From contig NZ_CP096659.1 in the NCBI RefSeq assembly GCF_023238205.1, positions 1,791,626 to 1,815,625 of the forward strand: DNA of 24,000 nt, in the 5' to 3' direction. Made by a program: the position numbers and the translations under genes. Shown here piece by piece: positions 1 through 7,378 of the stretch. The notes beneath the pieces are model-generated. The model had not been told where the DNA came from. It worked only from the letters and a program-made list of their open reading frames with translations, and ran no database searches. Source of the stretch: Halorussus limi (GTDB lineage: Archaea; Halobacteriota; Halobacteria; Halobacteriales; Haladaptataceae). Numbering within the stretch: the first letter of the stretch is position 1; every line of letters starts with the position of its first letter.

Positions 1-204
1 GTTTTGGAGCCGACTCGTAGGTAGTTACTCATCTGAATCTGAGTAGCTCTATCACCTTTATTGCGGAGTCCGCTTTTTGAGTGCAGAGTGCTGATTAGGA
101 TACCATCGACGATTTGAGATAATTCCTGTGAATCCTCCTATCGCAGCCGTAAGAAAGAGAGCCGAAGGCACACTTTGAAATAAAATTGACTGTTAGTCAA
201 TGCT

Positions 205-1269
205 GTGATATTCAGTGTCAGCGGAGATGAGGGTACTCTCGAGGATATAGAGGAGAAAGATCTCGCGGATTTAGGTTTCCTTGAGCGCCAGGATCTCCAA
301 AAGTGGGCTATCGAAGAACCACGAATCCTCGGAGAGGATCTCCTCATCATCACTTCCGAGTACGCTAATTTCGAGGATACACGCGACCGATTAGACATCC
401 TCGCCTTAGATTCACAGGGTAAGCTAGTCATTGTAGAACTGAAACGGGACCGTGCGGATCGAACTACGGATCTCCAAGCTATCAAGTATGCTAGCTACTG
501 CGCGACCCTCACGGCCGAGGACATCCAGAAAGACCATCGGGAGTTCTGGAATGACCGGAACGACGACTCCATCGGACCTGAGGAAGTCGGTCAAACGTTC
601 GCAGATTTCTTAGACGACAGCGTCACTGGAGAGGTCCCCCTGACGGACAATGGATGGGCGAATTTCGAGCTCGACGATAAGCCTAGAATCTTGTTGGCTG
701 CGGGGAGCTTCGGAACCGAAATTACCTCGCCTGTGATGTGGCTCATTGAGGAGTACGGGATGGAGATTACCTGTACCCGTATTGAAGCCTACGAACACCA
801 AGACCGAATCCTCCTGAACAGCCAGCAGGTCATCCCCGTATCCGAAGCAGAGGAGTACATGACCAAGCGACGAGAGAAACAAGAGAAACAGGAGTCAACC
901 AGTCGCCGTAAGTGGGCGCTTCCCGTCCTCCTTGATCGCGGCGTTCTAGTTCCTGGTGATATCGTTGTCTTTGACGAAGAACAAGTGCCTGAGGGAGTCA
1001 AGCGGGAGTGGAACCCAGAAGATGAGTTTTGGCGGGCGCGAATCACGGGTGAAACGGGCCAGCAGGACAACGTAGAATGGTTACATGACGGTAACACCTA
1101 CTCCTTCACTGGTCTCACGAAAGAGCTTCTCCACCAACTTGTGAATCGCGACCGAGATAAGACGCTTAACGGGTACACGTACTGGTGCCATCCGGAGTTC
1201 GACGACCGGACGCTTAGTAATCTCCGCAATAGCAAAGTCACCGCCCCTGACCGAGAAGAGCCGATGTAG
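205..1269 (+). CDS. PD-(D/E)xK nuclease-like protein (NucS/DUF91-like core) with a C-terminal RAMA-like domain
   Basis: 354-aa ORF with a GTG start. An AAATAAAAT TATA-like box lies ~25 nt upstream. Core motif: RLDILALDSQGKLVIVELKRD ... DLQAIKYASY (D...ExK...QxxxY). The C-terminus (LLDRGVLVPGD...WLHDGNTYSFTGLTKELL...NGYTYW) resembles the restriction/methylase-associated RAMA pattern. Confidence 0.7.
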   Translation: MIFSVSGDEGTLEDIEEKDLADLGFLERQDLQKWAIEEPRILGEDLLIITSEYANFEDTRDRLDILALDSQGKLVIVELKRDRADRTTDLQAIKYASYCATLTAEDIQKDHREFWNDRNDDSIGPEEVGQTFADFLDDSVTGEVPLTDNGWANFELDDKPRILLAAGSFGTEITSPVMWLIEEYGMEITCTRIEAYEHQDRILLNSQQVIPVSEAEEYMTKRREKQEKQESTSRRKWALPVLLDRGVLVPGDIVVFDEEQVPEGVKREWNPEDEFWRARITGETGQQDNVEWLHDGNTYSFTGLTKELLHQLVNRDRDKTLNGYTYWCHPEFDDRTLSNLRNSKVTAPDREEPM

Positions 1270-1271
1270 AC

Positions 1272-2222
1272 TCAATCTATCTGGCGAAGCCGTTCCGGGA
1301 AAACGTCATGAAACCGTTTGCCGTATTCTAACATCCAGTCGAAATACTCATCCCACTGCTCTCGATTTTCGATGTCAGCTTCACGAGCCACGCGAATATT
1401 ACTCCGCATATTACCCCCACGTGTCTCCCGGGGTTCAACCCACTCAACATCCGTCCTCAATTCGCTTTCGATTGCCTCTTTCTCGGATTTCAGCCCTTGG
1501 AATGCCTCTTCATTGTCCTTGATAATGAGTTCAAGTCTGAGGTCCTGTTCTTTCCAATAGATGCCGAATGAGATGTGGTACCCGCTTTTCCCGATTGGAT
1601 TGCTATAATAGTGACGTGGTTTTGGCTTTCGTGCTCGAAGAGGAGATGATGAGGCTTGAATACGATTCCGAAACTCGGTCCAGAACTCCTCTTGAAGCTG
1701 TTTCGTTTCGCTCAGTTCACCCTCCCTCCGTTTCGCTTTCTCCTTCCATTCACTCGGCTTTTCAACTGGATTCAGACGGACAGCGGGTGGAGAGTCTTCG
1801 ATGCGCCATACCTCGAGACGAATCGCAAATAGGTCTACACCTTCTCGACTATTCTCGTTAACCCATTGGACGGCATCTCGATGCTCGTCGTTGAATCTGG
1901 GGGCGACCCAGACGATGATGTCAGCGTCAACCCCAGCAGCGTACGCTATCGCTTTACCGAGGTGGTCATGGTCAGAGTCATTCAACTGATTCTCGATAAC
2001 TACGTTCCGCCCATCATCAATAACTCGTGCAAAAATGTCAACGTTGTACTTTCCGACACTCTTCTCGCGCTCAATCACTTCTAAATCTAAGCCAAGTACA
2101 TTCTCCAGTTCAGAAGAGTCTTCAGCTACTATCTCCTCAGCTAGCCAAGGAGTGAATTCGCGTTCCTCATGTTCCCAGTAATCTCGTACGTCTTGAGAGG
2201 TAAGTGACGCGAAACTGGACAT
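1272..2222 (-). CDS. DUF4268-type protein with an N-terminal PD-(D/E)xK-like core
   Basis: 316-aa ORF. YNVDIFARVIDDGRNVVIENQLNDSDHDHLGKAIAYAAG matches the D...ENQ...DH.HLGK..TY signature of this family. The C-terminal half (EFWTEF...YYSNPIGKSGYHISF) is DUF4268-like. It converges on the previous gene with a 2-bp gap. Confidence 0.75.
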   Translation of the reverse strand: MSSFASLTSQDVRDYWEHEEREFTPWLAEEIVAEDSSELENVLGLDLEVIEREKSVGKYNVDIFARVIDDGRNVVIENQLNDSDHDHLGKAIAYAAGVDADIIVWVAPRFNDEHRDAVQWVNENSREGVDLFAIRLEVWRIEDSPPAVRLNPVEKPSEWKEKAKRREGELSETKQLQEEFWTEFRNRIQASSSPLRARKPKPRHYYSNPIGKSGYHISFGIYWKEQDLRLELIIKDNEEAFQGLKSEKEAIESELRTDVEWVEPRETRGGNMRSNIRVAREADIENREQWDEYFDWMLEYGKRFHDVFPERLRQID

Positions 2223-2377
2223 ACACCAGTAACAGCACGTAGTGACAAAAAGCTAGGTTCGTTTTTGATTGGGAGTATCTTAGCCGTTAGAAGACGAGAG
2301 CTGACGGTACTCTTGACTCAAACCATGAGTTTGAGAACAACTCTACTCGCAGATAACCTTGAGACATAGATGGAAAT

Positions 2378-2599
2378 TCAACATTCGCACTGGAAATTCT
2401 GGGTGAAAACGCCATCCAATGCTTCTATGGGAATGTCAGCAGTACGAATCAGAATAGAGACCATCTCCACTTCATCGAGCAGCTTGAGCAATAACTGGCC
2501 GTTCTCGGTAATTTGGTAAACCTTCTTCCCTCGATCCTCTTCTCGCTCATACTTTACCTCGACCATCTTGATATCCTGAAACTTGTCCAATTTGAACAT
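2378..2599 (-). pseudogene. Probable remnant of a PadR/MarR-like winged-helix regulator (wing and C-terminal helix only)
   Basis: The 73-aa ORF contains VEVKYEREEDRGKKVYQITENGQLLLKLL, a beta-wing plus helix. An in-frame stop lies 11 codons upstream of the ATG, so no N-terminal HTH can be encoded. Surrounding DNA (2223-2954) has no convincing ORFs. Confidence 0.3.
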
Positions 2600-2954
2600 G
2601 CCCTTCTTATTGACCCAGAGAGCATCTGAGGCTTATCCGGTTTGCTATATCAGTGTGTGCGTCAAAGTGGCCTAAGCACTCGCTGGACCGAAAAACCGGC
2701 CTTTGAGGAGACGGTTCAATGAGGGGGTTGAAGAGTGCGTCTGTACGTACACGCATGGCCGTACGTACGTACAGGGGTTTAGATGGTTGCCTGTTTTCTG
2801 CTCCGTGGCGAGGGATACGCGACGAATAGAAGAGACTACGCAGCGTCGATGAGCTCGCATTCGTCGTCAAATAGTTCGGTGTCGACTGAGTGTTCGACGG
2901 ACCCTTAGGTCACCCAGTCGCACCGGGAAAAAGCTCTTTAGTGTAAGTATCTAT

Positions 2955-3596
2955 ATGATTAGTGTGCCTAATTCAGAGAAAATAATAGCCTGGATCCAAG
3001 CGTTCCTTACACAATCGTTCATCCGACTCTTCAAACGGTCAAAACCGGAGGAAAAAGAAGAGCTTTCACTACTGGACGAACCGACCACCGTCTATCCGTT
3101 TCGGAGTGACAGGGCTCTTTTTGGCCAAGCAACTCCGTTCGACACGATCATCTGGAACAAAACCCGGACAGAGAAACTGTCGAAGAAGGCCAAACGACTT
3201 GTGCTCCATCATGAGTGTAGCCACAGAGACCGAAACCCAATCTACAAGGGAGTGTTCCTTGGGATGGCCGTGTCGTTTGCCGCCGGGTGTCTGCTACTCC
3301 TCAAGGCTGTATTAGCCCTCCTTCTCGGGGCATCTTTGCACAACCTGATGCAACCGACAGCCGTTGCCTTCACTATGATGGGGACGTTTCTGGTCCTCTT
3401 CCGGATCGAAGAGACCATCGCAGACTACCATGCGCTCTGCGAGCTGGGCGAAGAAGGGTTCATCGACGCATACGAGGAAATCGCACTCATGAGTGATAAT
3501 TCTCTCCGGAATCAGATTATGGGAAAGCTACTTTACACCCACCCTGAGGATACTGTCCGCATCTACCGATTGCGTCAGCGGTTTGCTCCGTCGTAA
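2955..3596 (+). CDS. Membrane Zn-metalloprotease, M48 (HtpX/Ste24)-like
   Basis: 213-aa ORF. It has HHECSH (HExxH), then hydrophobic segments (VFLGMAVSFAAGCLLLLKAVLALLLGA; AVAFTMMGTFLVLF), then EETIAD (ExxAD) and a terminal THPEDTVRI (THPxxxxRI). A TTTAGT box lies ~22 nt upstream of the ATG. Confidence 0.65.
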   Translation: MISVPNSEKIIAWIQAFLTQSFIRLFKRSKPEEKEELSLLDEPTTVYPFRSDRALFGQATPFDTIIWNKTRTEKLSKKAKRLVLHHECSHRDRNPIYKGVFLGMAVSFAAGCLLLLKAVLALLLGASLHNLMQPTAVAFTMMGTFLVLFRIEETIADYHALCELGEEGFIDAYEEIALMSDNSLRNQIMGKLLYTHPEDTVRIYRLRQRFAPS

Positions 3597-3638
3597 GTGA
3601 TTATCTCACCCCCACCTACCATGTCGGTTGAATCGGAA

Positions 3639-4022
3639 TTATTGTGCACTAATCCAACAACCCCCGATACACACCAATAGCTGTTTTTGATCTGGAGTAA
3701 GACGTCCGCTATCGAGCTGATCTTCAATTTCATCCGGAATAGAAACTGGGTTCTGGGCGGTTGGATTTTTAGAGGGTTCTTCGTCCTTTGAAGGGTTTTC
3801 AGGTACTACCTCTGAATCTCCAGTCTGACCTTCAGACGACGGTTCTGCTTCTACAGACGACTCATCAGAAGAAGTGCTTGCTTCCTTGGACTCTTCGCCC
3901 CCATCAGCTCTTGTCGTGGAGTCAGAACGGAATTGATTGACACACCCGAGTGCACAAACGCCAAATCCGACCGGGTCGTTCGGTACTGGAAGGTCTGGAA
4001 AATCAATCGGAATGTCTGTCAT
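3639..4022 (-). CDS. Hypothetical acidic Ser/Glu-rich protein with CxxxC motifs near both termini
   Basis: Start chosen at the MTDIPIDF ATG (4022), which overlaps the upstream PRC-barrel gene by 20 nt. CALGC lies near the N-terminus and CIGGC near the C-terminus, separated by a low-complexity acidic linker. No family was recognised. Confidence 0.4.
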   Translation of the reverse strand: MTDIPIDFPDLPVPNDPVGFGVCALGCVNQFRSDSTTRADGGEESKEASTSSDESSVEAEPSSEGQTGDSEVVPENPSKDEEPSKNPTAQNPVSIPDEIEDQLDSGRLTPDQKQLLVCIGGCWISAQ

Positions 4023-4590
4023 TGTCCTTCTCCTTATATTGAAGAACTGCATCACGAACCTCGGAATCTTCTAACGCTTTTTTACCTTCATCCTCAACGT
4101 TTTCAACGCGCTTAGCGAGCTCTTCTTCAGTCATGTCCGTTTGTTCAAGAGCTCTCTCGATATCTCCCTCTGATAGAGCCTCGGCAAATGCATCTGTATC
4201 CTCAGATTTCTTGAAAAGAGATAATGTTGTGCCGAGGAACCTGAGAAATTGGGTGTGTTCCTTTAGACGTTGACGCCAACTACTCGAATCATCTACCGAA
4301 TCTGACGAAGCGACTGAAGATCCGCTGGTAACGGTTACACGTTTAAGCCGGATTTCATCGTCTGACACACTGGCAATTCTTGCTTCTGATACAGGGTACC
4401 CTGTTTTTCTCCTGGACTCTTCTAAATCCAGTTTTGATTTTATACGGTCTGTAAGAGTGGTGTCTGGGTCGACATACGCTATGTCGTCCTCGACATCCGC
4501 GACCGTTCCAACACGATTACCATCTGCATCCAACACGGGTTTGCCGACATCACTTTCTGAAATCTGTACAGCCATGTTATCCGATACCAT
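4003..4590 (-). CDS. PRC-barrel domain protein
   Basis: 195-aa ORF. The N-terminus (VGKPVLDADGNRVGTVADVEDDIAYVDPD) is the typical haloarchaeal PRC-barrel signature. The C-terminal part is acidic and helical. Confidence 0.65.
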   Translation of the reverse strand: MVSDNMAVQISESDVGKPVLDADGNRVGTVADVEDDIAYVDPDTTLTDRIKSKLDLEESRRKTGYPVSEARIASVSDDEIRLKRVTVTSGSSVASSDSVDDSSSWRQRLKEHTQFLRFLGTTLSLFKKSEDTDAFAEALSEGDIERALEQTDMTEEELAKRVENVEDEGKKALEDSEVRDAVLQYKEKDNDRHSD

Positions 4591-4710
4591 AGGTGGGGAT
4601 ATTGTATTTGCGGAAAATGACAGGTGTGTTAGGGATAGTTAGAGGTCCGATATTACGATTTCAGCCACGATTAAGATAGAGGAATGAATGGATTCTAGTA
4701 ATCACATGGT

Positions 4711-5116
4711 ATGAAACCCAGGTCACGTAAGCGGAGAGCTGTCAGAGTTCAAAGTAGCTCAGGACTTAATCGAGAACAATTGTCGTGTCTGTTATACCCC
4801 CGGACAGTACCCGTACGATCTCATTGGAGACCACGACGGAGAACTCTTCAAGATACAAGTAAAGACGGCGAAGAAGAAGCCCAATCAGACCCAAGCATAC
4901 CAGATTCGAACGAAGGGATACGACGGAGATGATGTCGACTTATTCGCGGGCTACATCTCGGAGAAAGACACGGAGTTCTACTTCCCGTACGAAGAGGCTG
5001 GTTCGTACTGCTCGGTGACGTTCACACCACGATACTCCCTCTCCGACCACAACGCAGAACTGGCCCATTTGGCCGACGACCACACGTTCGAGAGTGTGGT
5101 TGACCGTCTCCTATAA
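4711..5116 (+). pseudogene. Small stand-alone PD-(D/E)xK endonuclease (PDDEXK_5-like), disrupted by a 1-nt frameshift after codon 3
   Basis: An open frame at 4715-5116 has no ATG/GTG/TTG near its 5' end, so it is absent from the ORF track. It translates to GHVSGELSEFKVAQDLIENNCRVCYTPGQYPYDLIGDHDGELFKIQVKTAKK...DVDLFAGY... The ATG at 4711 (ATG AAA CCC) joins this frame if A4720 is skipped. The 73-aa Arg-rich ORF in the track (4711-4932) is the out-of-frame continuation. Confidence 0.6.
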
Positions 5117-5117
5117 C

Positions 5118-5402
5118 TCAGTATTTCTCCATCGCCCGGAGAGCCTTCTCAGGCAACTCTGCGAGGTGCTCCTTGTTCTGGTAGTGGGGGTCTCGCTCGT
5201 CCTCCTTATCTTCTTGGTCGCTCTCGTGGGTGGAGTGGTGTTCGTTAGAGGGTTCGGGGACGGAGAGTTCACCGTGCCGACGGTTGTGAATCCGTTGCAT
5301 CGGTGTGTTGCCGGAGTCACGTGATGGCCGCTTGTCGCCGACGGTACTGGGTTTCGAATCGCCAATATCGTGGTGCTTGTCGGAACGACGTTTCTTCCCC
5401 AT
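5118..5402 (-). CDS. Hypothetical highly charged small protein
   Basis: 94 aa from the ATG at 5402 (MGKKRRSDKHHD...EHLAELPEKALRAMEKY). It converges on the previous gene with a 1-bp gap. No family was recognised and codon usage looks only weakly coding. Confidence 0.35.
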   Translation of the reverse strand: MGKKRRSDKHHDIGDSKPSTVGDKRPSRDSGNTPMQRIHNRRHGELSVPEPSNEHHSTHESDQEDKEDERDPHYQNKEHLAELPEKALRAMEKY

Positions 5403-5477
5403 GACCTGACGTTTCAAAGAGCCACCATAAAAAGTTAGTCCCGAACCGCGTTCTCCAGAGATGGTGGAGCTCAGTCA

Positions 5478-5495
5478 CCGTTGTTGGTGGCATGT
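5478..5495 (+). repeat. Motif copy A: CCGTTGTTGGTGGCATGT
   Basis: Read directly from the sequence. It is 17/18 identical to copies B and C. It shares the prefix CACCG with copy B. Confidence 0.85.
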
Positions 5496-5571
5496 AAGTA
5501 GCAGGTGCAAATGTGACTCGGGATATAGAAAACCAGTACTTACTAACCACGAGGGTTCTTTAGAGGTGTAC

Positions 5572-7068
5572 ATGAATTCTCGGGATCGGACTCTGGATGA
5601 ATTAGTGGAGCAGTTTATGGCAAACCCGGGGTCGGCCGAGTCAGAACAATTAGATTTCAAAGCTAAGGAAATAGTTGAGTCCACCGAAGGTAAGCGCGAT
5701 CTTGCGAAGAAAGCGTCTGCAATCGCCAACACAAACGGAGGGACAATTGTCGTTGGAGTGGGTGAAGGTAGTCGTGAAGATATTATTCAGTCGTTCGATG
5801 CTCGATCTGAAATCAAGCGTGATCTTGCGAGCGTATTCCGAGATAACACAAAACCGCCCTTAGACCGACTAACAGAGATAAATATAGAGACGTTGTCGAT
5901 GGGTGCTCGACTGCTAAGGATTGATATTCAGCCTTCTAATACATATCCGATTGAGTTCTATAATCGAGATTCCGACGAATATGTCCCATATCACCGTGTT
6001 GAAGATACGACTCGCGAGATGGCTACTAGTGACATTGTAGAATTCACGAAAAGGCATTCACAGCCGGGAGCAAGTGGGGAGGTTGATCTTGAGGAGTCAA
6101 TCACCGTCAGGACATCTGATATTCAGCTATTCAATGACTCAGACCCAAGAAAATCGCCTGACCATCGGGCAATCCTAAATATAGATCAACACGGTTTGGT
6201 TGTACCAGCAAAGGCATATATTGATAATTCATTCCACAAGTCTTTGACTTTTCATGTGGAAAAGCGCGCTGAGAAAAGAGGTCTTTCGGGTTTGAAGGGA
6301 TTACTGAGGGAAGCCGAGGAGGAATTGAATGCCGATCTCGGATTTGACTTTGGATACGCGATTAAATACGGAACAAAGGAGCTTATCGGAAGAAATTCCG
6401 ATAACTATATTCAGGATATCCAAAACCTTGAGAAAACACTTGAGTTGTTAGGCTGGGAGGACAACAGCGACCCTCGACCCATTGCTATCGCGGGAACACG
6501 ATGTGATTTCGGATTCATTTGGTTTCAGGCTCAATATCATACTGGTAGTCTCTCAAGAATCAAATGCGGACTGATGATGAGTGATATTCCAATAAATAAC
6601 AGCCCACTTAGTTCCGTATTCGGCAACGAGTGGTATGAGCAACACAATTCCCTGAGAAGCGTTCAGCTACGACTGCGTGGCGATGAGGTATCATTATCAA
6701 ACCCAAGAGAGGTTCTTTTAGATGAATCCAGTGGTGCAGGCCGGACAGAGATAATCGCAGATAATCCGTACTTCCAAAATAAGGAAGCAATACTGGAATC
6801 CATAGATAATGACGCTCTTGAACCCTTTATAAATGCAATCTGTGCTGTCGATAGATTACCCTTCGATGTGCGCGGGGGCTACTCCAGTAAGGACATATAT
6901 CACTCTGTCGGCGAGATTCAAATGAGCTATATTCACGCTGTTGTACCTGCATACTTTGTCTGGCCAATGTCTGATCCTCACGTAGTACCTCCCTCTGAAG
7001 ATCCTCCAACCCCGGACTGGCTCGACTCGCTTGGCTCAGACGATGCAGACGAGCGTTCCGATGAATAG
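5572..7068 (+). CDS. AlbA_2 (Schlafen-type) domain protein with an uncharacterised ~360-aa C-terminal region
   Basis: Start moved to the ATG at 5572 (MNSRDRTLDEL), because the upstream 37 codons run through motif copy A. SAESEQLDFKAKE...LAKKASAIANTNGGTIVVGVGEG matches the AlbA_2 signature (E..EFK ... AfANt.GG.i.iGv). I recognise no motif in the C-terminal region. Confidence 0.7.
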   Translation: MNSRDRTLDELVEQFMANPGSAESEQLDFKAKEIVESTEGKRDLAKKASAIANTNGGTIVVGVGEGSREDIIQSFDARSEIKRDLASVFRDNTKPPLDRLTEINIETLSMGARLLRIDIQPSNTYPIEFYNRDSDEYVPYHRVEDTTREMATSDIVEFTKRHSQPGASGEVDLEESITVRTSDIQLFNDSDPRKSPDHRAILNIDQHGLVVPAKAYIDNSFHKSLTFHVEKRAEKRGLSGLKGLLREAEEELNADLGFDFGYAIKYGTKELIGRNSDNYIQDIQNLEKTLELLGWEDNSDPRPIAIAGTRCDFGFIWFQAQYHTGSLSRIKCGLMMSDIPINNSPLSSVFGNEWYEQHNSLRSVQLRLRGDEVSLSNPREVLLDESSGAGRTEIIADNPYFQNKEAILESIDNDALEPFINAICAVDRLPFDVRGGYSSKDIYHSVGEIQMSYIHAVVPAYFVWPMSDPHVVPPSEDPPTPDWLDSLGSDDADERSDE

Positions 7069-7176
7069 CTGAATTCAGTATCGAGAACGGCCTCTGTACT
7101 GATACTCTCCGCCGATTTCCCACTTTTCTGAAATTGACACCTCTGGTCGAGTCACAGTCACCGACGCCGCTACCCA

Positions 7177-7194
7177 CCGCTGCTGGTGGCATGT
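7177..7194 (+). repeat. Motif copy B: CCGCTGCTGGTGGCATGT
   Basis: Read directly from the sequence. It lies 108 nt after the AlbA_2 stop, in the convergent intergenic region before the helicase gene's 3' end. Confidence 0.85.
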
Positions 7195-7378
7195 GCGTCC
7201 TCTCGGGGTTACGGCACCCCATTTAAAGGAAAGAGTGTAATCACAGGAAGGCGGTGGGTTGTGTCGATGGCGGGGAAAGAGATCGTGTATTAGTATTCTA
7301 ATATACGGTTTCTTTCGCGGCCTGTTTGGAAAATCGCCAGAGTGCGGTCGATTCTGGCTGTTTTATTTAAGTAAGGGT

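Noticed and set aside
1-32. Possible start of a minus-strand gene running off the left edge (ATG at 32..30, MSNYLRVGSK...)
   Set aside because: Only 10 codons are visible, which is not enough to support a call.
2607-2870. 87-aa and 62-aa minus-strand ORFs in the decayed region
   Set aside because: They are basic, Ser/Arg-rich and cross the (GTAC)n palindromes. They are not credible haloarchaeal proteins.
4711-4932. 73-aa ORF in the track (MKPRSRKRRAVRV...)
   Set aside because: Only its first three codons are likely genuine. The remainder is the out-of-frame reading of the PD-(D/E)xK gene in the neighbouring frame.
5461-5571. Long N-terminal extension of the AlbA_2 ORF (MVELSHRCWWHV...)
   Set aside because: The extension is the translation of motif copy A and its flank. 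The ATG at 5572 gives a normal AlbA_2 N-terminus.
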